NCBI GenBank assembly: GCA_963845755.1
Contig: CAWJTV010000049.1
Location: 1 to 64,000, forward strand
Direction: 5' to 3'
DNA length: 64,000 nucleotides
Source of the DNA: an uncultured Planctomycetota bacterium
Lineage (GTDB): Bacteria; Planctomycetota; Planctomycetia; Isosphaerales; Isosphaeraceae
Shown one piece after another: positions 54,059 to 64,000 of the stretch. Numbering within the stretch: the first letter of the stretch is position 1; every line of letters begins with the position of its first letter. Below the pieces are notes generated by a model. That model did no database searches and was not told the DNA's origin. It saw only the letters and a program-made list of their open reading frames with translations. A program made the position numbers and the translations under genes.

Positions 54059-54379
54059 GAATCGCTGTCATTATACCCACGGGGCGACAATCAAAGGAGG
54101 ACTTTCTTCTCACGTGTACGAGCGCCATCTTCACCAATCTCGCTCGGAAAGAAACATGGGACGGGAGTCGTGCTCACGCGAAGGTACCGCCGTCGAGGGA
54201 TCGCCGAGACCTTGTACAACTGTCGGTTTTCCGAGATAGTGAGGGGACATCAGGATCAGGTCCGGCCACGTGCTACCGGTGCGCTGTTCCACAATACTGC
54301 GGCGATAGCGGGCATTTCTCGATCTGCTGGAGCGCTGCGAAGTCGCGTCCTTCTTCGCTATCGGGCGGGAGATGAATCC

Positions 54380-56676
54380 ATGGTCCCCTACGAACTCGAT
54401 ACCGTCGATCGCGACCGTTTGCCCTGGGGACCAATCCCTATCGCGCAATGGCTGCTTGCGAGCCTCCTGGTGGTGCCATGGCTTGTCGGTTCGGCGTGGG
54501 GACAATTGGTGAGTTCCACATCGGCGCCCGCATGGACCGCCATCGGCCTGGGCGGTGGCGGGGCACTGTACACGCCTGCGATCTCCCCGGCCGATCCGAA
54601 GCGGATCCTGTTAGGCTGCGACATGAGTGGCGCTTACCGGTTGACCGACGGCGGCAAGAACTGGGAGATGATCCACTACCGGCATCTGATGGGTTCGACG
54701 ACCGTACGACCGGCGTGGCATCCCATCGACCCGGAGGTGGCCTTCGCCGTGAATGGCTGGCGCGGGTCGCTGAAGATGACGAAGGACGGCGGAAAAACCT
54801 GGGGCGACGTGCCGGGTGCCCCATCGTCCGTCAGCGCAATCGAGATCGACCCCGACTGTCCGGAACGGATGCTGCTCGGCACCCACCGCGGGATCGTCCG
54901 CTCGACCGACGGTGGCAAGAGCTGGGTCGAAGTCGGGACCGAGCGAGAGCGCGTGCTCGGCTTCCACTTCGATCGGACGAGCCCGGTCGAGAATCGGACC
55001 TGCTTCGCGGCCACTGGTCGGGGTATCTTGCGATCCGACGGTGGAGGAACCTCCTGGCGCGACGTCGGGGCGAAGTTTGCAACAGGACCGATCGTCTCCT
55101 TCTCGGGTGGGTCGAACCCCAAGGGTGGGGACTGCGTCCTCTATTGCTCGGTCGAGAGCCGTGAGAAACAGGGACAGATCACGGGCGGGATCTACCTATC
55201 CGACGATCGGGGCTCGACCTGGGCGGCGCGCGATGGGGCCGGGCATCGATCTGCGGACGGAACGAAGGAAGGGGCAGGAACCACAGCCCGCGCAGTACGA
55301 GTTCGTCCTGACCACGGATGTCGCTCCGTCACGGCTCTACGCCTCGCGCGGGTCGGACGGCTGCGTTTTCCGGAGCGACGATCGGGGCGCGACCTGGCGG
55401 AATGTCCTCATCCAGTCGATGAAGGCGCCCGGGTTCAATGTTGGCCCGAACTACCTCATCGACGAGCGAGGCGGCGGAGGTGATACTATCTCGGGCTTCG
55501 GCATCAACCCCGCGGACCCGGATAACCTGGTCGTTGCGGACTGGATGGACTGTTACATCACGGGAGACGGGGGGAAGAACTGGGAGACGGCCCACGCGGA
55601 GCGCCGAAGAGCCCGGTCGGCGCGGCAAGGGGATGCGCTGGATCCACACCGGGCTGGTTGTGACGACGGCTTGGAACTACTACCTCGACCCATTCGAGCC
55701 GAACCGGCATTACATCGCCTATACCGACATCGGTTACGCCCGATCCACCGATGCCGGCAAGACCTGGTACTGGCAAGACGGCAAACCCCTGCGCAACACG
55801 ACCTACGAACTGGCCTTCGACCCCGAGACGCCAGGTACGATCTGGGGAGCCTTCGCGGATCTCCACGATATCCCGAACAACAACGTCATCTCCGGCCGGC
55901 ATTACTTCGCGCGGGCGCCGGGGGGTGTCGGACTCAGTACGGACTTCGGCGTGACATGGAGAGACACCTCCCAGGGACTCCCGCGCAAGCCGATCACCTC
56001 CGTCGTCCTCGACCCGAAAAGCCCTAAGGCGAGTCGGACACTCTATACCTCCGTATTCGAGGGGGGCGTGTACAAGTCGATCGACGATGGGAAGAGCTGG
56101 TCCGAGTCATCGAACGGCCTCGGCGCGCCGGGGATCAACATGCGGGCCTGCCGGATCATCCTCCATCCCGACGGCACGCTCTTCTGCCTGGTGACCGCGC
56201 TTCGGAAGGACCGCAAGTACCTCGCCGACGGCCCCGGCCTTTATCGATCGAGAGATGGCGCCCGGACCTGGGAATGGATCAACCGGTCCCAGCCCCTCCT
56301 CTGGCCCAAGGACTACGACGTCGATCCGCGCGACAGCCAGGTCATCTACCTCGGTGCCGCGGATGCCGACAAGGCGGAAGGCGGCCTGTACAAGACGATA
56401 GACGGCGGAGCCAGTTGGTCCCGCGTCGCGCGGAAAGGTAGCGACTGTTTCGGCGCCACGGTCCATCCGCGCAAGCCGGACTGGATCTATCTCTGTATCG
56501 CCGAAGGGGACGACGGGCCCGGTCTCTGGCTGAGTCAGGACGCGGGCAAGAACTGGAAGGCCCTGGATGGCATGCCGTTCCGCAATGCCCAGCGCGTCAC
56601 CTTCGACCCCAGGGACGACGCGATCATCTACGTTTCGACCTTCGGCGGCAGCGTCTGGCGCGGGCCGGGGGAGTAG
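54380..56676 (+). CDS. Secreted BNR/Asp-box beta-propeller protein (GH74/VPS10/sialidase-like), frameshifted
   Basis: GGGGALYTPAISP..GCDMSG; many SxDGGKTW Asp-boxes; ends STFGGSVW. Confidence 0.85.
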
Positions 56677-56717
56677 GCGTGCTCGTTGCCAACTTCGCAC
56701 CAGGGGAGGTTACGGTC

Positions 56718-57922
56718 ATGTCTCGACGGCGGAGGCGCCTGTTTGGGCCGTTGTTCTATTCGACATTGGCCCTCGCGTTCCTCGCAACGGCGTATACGGG
56801 GGTCGTGACCATCGGGGGAGATCTCGTCCGGAAGGCCGAGGAACGGCAGCAGATGAAATCGATTGTCGGCATGCTACGGGACACGAACCCCAGCACGCGC
56901 GAGACGGGTGCGAAGCTTCTGATCACAAAAGGCCGAGAGGTCGCCCTGCCGTACCTGCTGGAGTCGGCCCGCGACCCGCACAGCAAGGCTCGGGCGCTGG
57001 CGTGCCAATCGCTGGTCCAGGAATACGCGGATCCGCGAGTCGTCATTCCGGTGCTGGCCGCTGCCGCAGACGATGATCGGGAAGAGGTCCGAATCGAGGT
57101 CGCTCGGGACTTGGGACGCGTGCACGCGTACGCCCGGTTGGTCGTCGCATCGAGCTCGGTCCCGACCGATTTGAAGTCGACCTGCATGACCGTCTTGATC
57201 CGCTTGCTCAAGGACCGGGCAGGCGAAGTACGGACTGCCGCCGCGGGGACGCTCGGAGACTTTGCCCCCGATCCGACGGCCGCTGCTGGACTCCTCGCAG
57301 CCACGCGCGATGCCGATCCCTCGGTTCGTTTTGTCGCGGCGTCTGCACTGTTAAAGTTCGAAGGGAGCGGGCATCGTTCGGCCATCCAGACGCTCCTCAC
57401 TCTGCTCGCCAACCCGGACACGGTTCCCGACCGCCGCGCGGTCCTCGACGTCTTGAATAAGGTCGGTGGCGCGGCCCAACACCAGGCCGTGACCACGCTC
57501 GCGGGGTTGCTCTCCCATGGCGAATCCACCGAGCCGCGGACGTGATCGACTGCATTCAGTCGGTCGGCCCCGGGGCGATGCCCGCCCTGCCTGTTCTCGA
57601 AGCTCAGTTGAGTGACGACGACCCCCTCATTCGCTACAACGCCGGACTGGCCGTGGTGGCGATACGTGGCAAGCAAGACCCCCGGTGCGTCGCGATCCTT
57701 GTCGGGATCATCATCGATGAACAGTTGCCAAGCGACTGGCGGACCAACGCCGTGGAGGCGCTCGGGCAGATCGTACCGGCGGCGCTGGCGAAGGCCACGC
57801 CGGGCCTGATCCGCCAGCTCGGTGATCCCAATCCAAATGTCCGACTTACCGCCCTCGCCTTACTGGAACAGATCGTTGGGACTATCCCCGCAGAGATGCC
57901 GAAACCGGTTGAAGGAAAATGA
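56718..57922 (+). CDS. HEAT-repeat protein with N-terminal TM (frameshifted)
   Basis: LKDRAGEVRTAAAGTLG, DADPSVRFVAASAL, LGDPNPNVRLTALALL. Confidence 0.8.
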
Positions 57923-58124
57923 CGTTCAGGCCCAGAAGAGCGCCATTCATGGCCGGTCCCACGAACTTGCGGCGAGAGGAAGCCTATCGGGAACTCTGCT
58001 CGACGACCCATTTCAGGCTCCGCGACCTGCTTGACATCGTGGTCGCCATCCGTTATTTAGACGATTGTCTAATTAGATGGCGATTGAACCATTGAGGAGC
58101 CGGCCTCCACCGGGAGATTCGACG

Positions 58125-59931
58125 ATGAAGAGGTTCACGACGTGGCTGACGCTGGTATGGGTCGGTTTCGCGCCCGCGTGGGCAGTCGCCCAGGGCACCA
58201 AGGCCGCCACGAGCGAAGGTGTGGCAGGGAACTGGCAGGGAGTGTTGAAAGCGACGCCCCAGATCGAGCTGCGGATCACGCTCGAGATCGCGAAGGAGAA
58301 GGATGGGTCCCTCTCGGGGACATGGGGCAGTCCTGACGAGGCGATCACGAAGCAGTCGCTCGCGTCCATCGCGCTGAAGGACGGCTTCTTGACGTTCACC
58401 ACGAAGCACGGCGTGACCTACAAGGGAAAGCGGAACCCGACGGGAAGCGAGGTCGTCGGCGAGTGGACCCAGCGCGGAAAGAGCTATCCGATTACGTTCC
58501 AGCGGTTCGATCCGTCGAAGGTCGTCGTGGTGCCGATCCCCAAGGAACTGGAAGGCATCTGGGAGGGGAAGATCAAGGTCGCCGGCGGCATCGAACTACG
58601 GCTCGCGTTGAAGGTCGAGAAAGGAAAGGACGGAGCATTGAAGGCGGTGCTGGCCAGCCCCGACCAGGGCGTGAACAACATCCCCATCAGTGCGATCGGC
58701 CTGAAGGACGGCTCGTTGAGCTTCTCGAGCAAGATCATCGGGGCGAACTTCGCAGGGAAGCGAAACAAGGACGGTGCGGCCTTCGAGGGTCAGTTCGAGC
58801 AAGGCGGTCTCAGGTTGCCGTTGACGCTCAAGAAGACGGAGAAGCTCACCGAGGCGATCCGTCCCCAGACGCCGAAGCCTCCGTTCCCGTATCACGCAGA
58901 GGACGTCACCTATCAGAATGAGGCCGCCAAGGTGAAGCTGGCCGGCACGCTGACGCTCCCCGGGGGAAACGGTCCCTTTCCCGCGGTCATCCTCCTCACC
59001 GGGTCGGGAGCCCAGGATCGGGATGAGACGATCCTGGGCCACAAGCCGTTCCTCGTCCTGGCGGATTATCTGACGCGGCGCGGGGTAGCGGTCCTCCGCG
59101 TTGACGACCGCGGTGTCGGTGGCTCGACCGATGGGAGCGCGTCGACGACCACCGAGGATTTCGCGGGCGATGCCCTCGCGGGCGTTACCTTCCTGAAGCA
59201 TCGGGCGGAGATCGATCCCGCGAGGATCGGCCTGATCGGCCATAGTGAAGGAGGCTTGATCGCGCCGATCGCGGCAGCCCGGTCGAAGGATGTGGCGTTC
59301 ATCGTCATGATGGCCGGGACGGGTCTGCCCGGGGCCGAGATCCTCGAAGCCCAGGGGCGGCTCATCCTCAAGGCTAACGGGGCGTCGGACTCCGAGCTGA
59401 AGCTTCAGCGCGAAGCTCAGCGGCGGATCATCGATATCATCGCGGGCGAGAAGGACGAGAAGACCGCCCGGACGAAGCTCGCGGCGGCCATGAAAGACGT
59501 CCTCGCCGCAGTCCCCGAGTCGGAGAAGAAAGCCCTGGGCGATGTCGGCGGCGCCGCTCTCCGAGGCGGCCCTCGACCAGGTCAACAACGCCTGGTTCCG
59601 CACGTTCCTCACCTTCGATCCGCGGAACGTGTTGCGTAAAGTGCAGTGCCCCGTCCTGGCGATTAATGGGGAGAAGGACCTGCAAGTCCCTCCCAAGGAA
59701 AACCTCGCGGAGATCGAGAAGGCCCTCAAGGCCGGCGGGAATCCGGATGTGAAGACGGTCGAGCTCGCAGGGTTGAATCACCTCTTTCAGCCCTGCAAAA
59801 CCGGTTCTCCCAGCGAGTATGCCGCGATCGAGACGACCATGGCTCCCGAAGCACTCAAGACCATTGGGGATTGGATCGCCGAACACACGGCGGGAAGGTC
59901 AGACCGTGTTCGAACGACAAGCGACCGCTAA
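58125..59931 (+). CDS. Secreted alpha/beta hydrolase (peptidase S9/S15-like) with two N-terminal beta domains (frameshifted)
   Basis: RPQTPKPPFPY, LAGTLTLP, GSGAQDRDE, DDRGVGGS, IGLIGHSEGG, NGEKDLQV, LNHLFQ. Confidence 0.9.
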
Positions 59932-59934
59932 CCC

Positions 59935-61423
59935 CAATACCGTTGAAATAGGCGCAAGCCACAGCCTCCTGTTACTTTGGGTTTACTCACGACCCAAGCA
60001 ACACGGAGGCCATGACTCGCATGCCGCACGGACATTGCACGCTGCCGCCCGATGCGTCGGGCCGGATCTTGGATCGCTTGGCGGGACTGGAACAGATTAT
60101 CTCGCCCGAGGCCGTTCGCCAAGTCCTCGCGGCCACCGGTAAAACCAATCAACGACGTTGCACACTGACCCACGAGATTGTTTGCTGGGTGGTCCTGGCC
60201 ATGGGGCTGTTGACCGACTTGCCGATCCGCCAAGTCTTCAAGCATGCACGCCGGCTCCGAGTCGGCGAGGAGAGTCCCCATCGATCCAGCCTGTGTGTGG
60301 CCCGGCAACGCCTGGGCATCGCGCCGGTCCGCCACCTGTTCGAGCACGTCGTTCATCCTCTGGCCCGGCCCGATACGCCCGGAGCCTTCTACCGCGGGTT
60401 CCGCCTGGTCGGCATCGATGGGACCGTCTACGATGTCCCCGACTCGGAGGCCAACGCCGCGGCCTTCGCGCGCCCTCGGCCGGGCCGCGCGGCGACGGCG
60501 CGTTCCCCCAAGTCCGCAAGCTGAGCCTGGTCGAATTGGGGACCCACATCGAACTGGCCTTCGTGGTCCGGTCGATCGCCCACGGCGAACCGTCGATGGT
60601 CGGCGGCTTGCTCCGCCATCTGACTCCGGAGATGCTCCTGTTGGAGGATCGCGGGTTTTTCAGCTATGACCACTGGAAAACGGCGATGTTGCGGGGCGTC
60701 CAGCTGTTGGCACGCGTGAAAAGCGGCTTGATCCTCAAGTCGATCCAAAACCTGGCGGATGGCTCGTACCTGGCCAAGATTTATCGGGGTTGCTACGACC
60801 GTCAGATCGATCGGGATGGGATCGTCGTCCGGGTGATCCGCTATACACTGGACGACCCGCAACGAGTCGGACACGGTGAAACTCATGTGCTGATCACGAA
60901 TCTCCTTGACGCGGAGCTTTATCCTGCTGAAGAATTGATTATTCTTTATCACGAGAGATGGGAACAGGAGTTGGTCTATGATGAGCAAAAGACCCATCAT
61001 GATCCGCGGCGGGCGACCAAGCCGGCACAGATGCGAAGCGAGACCCCGGCGGGGGTGATCCAGGAGATCTATGCGCTGTCGCTGGGTCATTTCGTGATCC
61101 GAGCCTTGATGGTTGCGGCCGCCGGGACCGTGGGGCTGGACCCGGATCGGCTGTCGTTTCTGGGGTGCTTCCAGATCCTCAAGTGCCGGTTGCCAGAATG
61201 CAACAGCTCGACCCCCGAGGCGTTCGAGGAGTGGTACCAGGGATTGTTGTGGGAGATGCAGGGGGAGCGCACCGATGACGAAATGCGGAGGAACCGGATC
61301 AATCCGCGAGTGATCAAGCGTAAAATGTCCAAGTGGAAAAAGAAACGATCCAAACATCGACACATTCCGCCCTTGAAGAAAACCTTTGCAGAGACAGTGG
61401 TTATGCTTCCTTAAACGGTATTG
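59935..61423 (+). mobile_element. IS4-family insertion sequence, transposase 60012-61414 (frameshifted)
   Basis: TIRs CAATACCGTT.AA / TT.AACGGTATTG; imperfect 10-bp TSD CCGCTAACCC / GCCCTAACCC; IDGT, DRGF, YHERWEQE..DEQK. Confidence 0.92.
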
Positions 61424-61426
61424 GCC

Positions 61427-63010
61427 CTAACCCCGAGGCCGAACGCGTCTCGCTGCGCCCTTGATGGCGGCCGCGATGGAGACCATCGCAAACAGGGCGA
61501 GCGTCCCGGGTTCGGGAGTATTCTGGGGGAGAACGATGGAAACCGGATTACCCCCGGTCGTATCGGGCGTACTTGTGGGGAGAACGGTAGGACTGGCCTG
61601 GATCGGCGGCAGTGCGGAGGAAGCGCTCAGCGGAATTGGTGCGACCAGAGGAATCGTCGCGGCCGTACTCGAGGTAAACGCAGTCGTCCCGCCGACGGCC
61701 GCATTGATCTGGCTGCTCGCCGAACCAGGAAGGGCGGAACCGTCTGTACCGCCCGACGTGCCCTGAGGACTCGCGGCCAGCGAGACCAGGCTTGCTGCGG
61801 CGGATTGGCTGGCCGGAGCCAACAGGCTACTCGAGCCGTCCGGGCCACCGGGCGCCGCGATCAAGGTCACCGTGGTCAACGTGGGACTGCCAGGATTCGT
61901 CGCGCCGACGGTCAACGAAGGTCCGATGTTGTTGCCCGGCGACGATGCCGGGTTGACCGTGCCGGTCGCCGAGAGGGCCGACCCTTGCCCGGATTGCCCC
62001 GCGACCGAGGCTGCGGAGCCCGCGGCCGTCGGGATCGCCGGAGCCGGTGCTGGCAGGGTGGTCGAGGAGGTGACTGATTGGGGAACCGAGGTCCCGGAGC
62101 CGGTCATCGGTCCCGCGGTGCTTGGAGATAGCGCCGGCGAAACACCGGCATTGGTCGAGGTAAAAGCAGGCGCTTGACTGAATGAAGCAGTGTTCGGAAT
62201 CGGGGACGTTCCGGTCCCGGGTGCCGCCGCGCCCTGGGCGGAAGGCGCCGACGTGGCACTTCCGGCTTGAGGTGGCACCGCCGCCGCAGTCTGGTTCGTC
62301 GGGACCGTTGTTGTTGTAGAACTCTGGGGTATCGATGAGGTGGAGCTTGCCGAGGATGTGGTGGATCCCAACGGAGACGAGCTGGGATTCAGGTTGGAGA
62401 CGCCACCAACTGGCGGCGTGATCCTGCCTTGACCGGCCGTATCCGGAACGATCGTCCCCGTTGCACGGTGCTCGGGATGCGCGACCGCCGAGACCGGATC
62501 GGAAGAGGCCGTTCCAGAGACCTGGCCGGCGCCAGGAGGTATCGACAGGTTGGCCACGGCCGGAGTCGCCCGATCGCCCGATACGGTTGGTCGCTCGGGG
62601 GACCGTCCGAGTGAGTTCGACCGAGTCTCCAGGGGGTTCGGAACTGCGGGTGAACTGTTGACCGGCGCGGACATCGAGGTGTTCTTGGCGCCCGGGGCAT
62701 CGGCCGGGCCCGAAGCGTCGACAGGCCCAATTCCCGTCGAGAAAGTTGCCAGATCTTGCGGCAGAACGCCTAAGACTCCGCTCGACGATTGGTGGACAGG
62801 AAGCGTCACACCAGACATTTCCTGACCCACGGCTGTGAGCAAGCGGGCTGTCAGGCCGCCACGGGTATCCCCCGGCGAGTCGCCGCTCCCGTGTCGGAAA
62901 GTCCCGCTCGCAGCCGTGATGATCGGCCCGGCCAGGGCCCCGGAAATCGGCCAGCAAAGGATCCCGATCAGAAGCAGTCCGAATCGGGTGGAAAACAGGG
63001 TGCGCGGCAT
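61427..63010 (-). CDS. PEP-CTERM protein, Ser/Thr/Pro/Ala-rich low-complexity surface protein
   Basis: Signal peptide (ALA-GPI); C-terminal TPEPGTLALFAMVSIAAAIKGAARRVRPRG. Confidence 0.85.
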   Translation of the reverse strand: MPRTLFSTRFGLLLIGILCWPISGALAGPIITAASGTFRHGSGDSPGDTRGGLTARLLTAVGQEMSGVTLPVHQSSSGVLGVLPQDLATFSTGIGPVDASGPADAPGAKNTSMSAPVNSSPAVPNPLETRSNSLGRSPERPTVSGDRATPAVANLSIPPGAGQVSGTASSDPVSAVAHPEHRATGTIVPDTAGQGRITPPVGGVSNLNPSSSPLGSTTSSASSTSSIPQSSTTTTVPTNQTAAAVPPQAGSATSAPSAQGAAAPGTGTSPIPNTASFSQAPAFTSTNAGVSPALSPSTAGPMTGSGTSVPQSVTSSTTLPAPAPAIPTAAGSAASVAGQSGQGSALSATGTVNPASSPGNNIGPSLTVGATNPGSPTLTTVTLIAAPGGPDGSSSLLAPASQSAAASLVSLAASPQGTSGGTDGSALPGSASSQINAAVGGTTAFTSSTAATIPLVAPIPLSASSALPPIQASPTVLPTSTPDTTGGNPVSIVLPQNTPEPGTLALFAMVSIAAAIKGAARRVRPRG

Positions 63011-63307
63011 CACATCGACCTCCTGGTGTGATGGCAACGGCTGAGGGCGGCTCGAGTCAAGCCAGGCGACATCCGTGTGCCCATACTCATGGGTGCGTGA
63101 GCGAATCGCGAGATGTTGACTCGAAGGTGCTGCTGGAAGTGTAGGCTCTTCGGGCGTCCCTGTCAATCAAAGAATACCCAAGTAGCGATTTTCTGACATG
63201 TCGGCTTTCGCGCAGGATCCCGTTGACGAACGGATGGATTCGTGCCGGCTTGAATCGCACAGTGCACGACATAGTCGAACTGGCCATCCGGGATTTCGCG
63301 TTTTTTT

Positions 63308-64000
63308 CTAGGCTGGCAAAGTTAGCTGGAGGCAGCGGTGCTCCAAGTCCTTGAGGTAGGCATCGGGATTGTGGCGGAACCGGCGTTGCTTCCGCCGCGA
63401 TTCCCGCCGCGCCTCCAGTTCCGCGCGCAGTCCCTTCCAATCCTCAACATAGCCCGGGCTCAGCACCAAGCCTTCGTCCGGCCGCAGCCGCGTCGCCAGC
63501 CCCGAGATCACCCGCGCCGAGCCCATCACCACCAGGCCCGGCGACCCCCGACGCCGACCGCTGGCCCGGCGACTCGTGGTAGCGATGACTGCCGAAGGTG
63601 TGCTCCAGGTCGTTATTCGTCCGCGGCAGATCCGACGACTCGTAGCAGGCAAACAAGCCCGGCCAGTAGCTCCGGGTCACCTTCACGAACTGCTTCAAAC
63701 CCGCCCGCACCGTGGGCTCGTCTGTCGTCGCCACCGCCCGGCGCATTCGCGCCAGCAGTTGCACCAGCCGCCGCCGCACCTTCTTCGCCGGCAGCCCCTC
63801 CTCGTTCTTGAGGATCCGGGCGGCGCGCTTGACCCATTGGTACGACTCGCGCACCGCCGGGAACAGCGCGGCCGTCTCCTCCAGCCCGCGCCGCAGCAAT
63901 TGCCTCAGCCGTTTCAAACCCCCGGGCAGGTCGCCCGCCTTGGCGACGACATCGTCCAAGTTGGCGGCAATCCGGCTCAATCGATCCTGCCGCTTCAGCC
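63308..64000 (-). mobile_element. 3' part of a transposase (planctomycete IS type), frameshifted, truncated by window
   Basis: VTRSYWPGLFACY..LPRTNNDLEHTFG..RRASGRR; RRKQRRFRHNPDAYL. Confidence 0.75.

Overview
High-GC bacterial DNA with the hallmarks of a planctomycete, probably Isosphaeraceae (Singulisphaera/Aquisphaera-like). The markers are a DUF1559 prepilin-like protein, ASPIC/CRTAC1 proteins, an 'ESLEPRELL' extracellular signal, ECF sigma factors paired with a kinase or fused to WD40 repeats, three Ser/Thr kinases and a PEP-CTERM protein. Many genes are split by single-base frameshifts, most likely long-read indel errors. Metabolic and housekeeping content includes gnd plus a HAD hydrolase, a TIGR01777 epimerase, a hydrolase-OlsG/PmtA methyltransferase-GH3 amide synthetase operon (probably amino-acid lipid synthesis), transporters, a DMFase-beta-like protein and an enolase-superfamily enzyme. 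Accessory content: four IS elements; a 120-bp palindromic MITE in two copies, each hit by a different IS; GATTC-heptamer tandem-repeat elements; two paralogous toxin-first RelE/Phd modules; and a PIN-like pseudogene. The best candidates for undescribed systems are two lower-GC, translationally coupled two-gene islands, each led by a stand-alone ADP-ribosyltransferase-like gene. One is an R-S-E-type ART-like protein with a Cys/His-rich partner (41112-42412). The other is a Tse2-like ART with a TPR partner (52362-54058). All family calls come from reading motifs by eye; no database searches were run.
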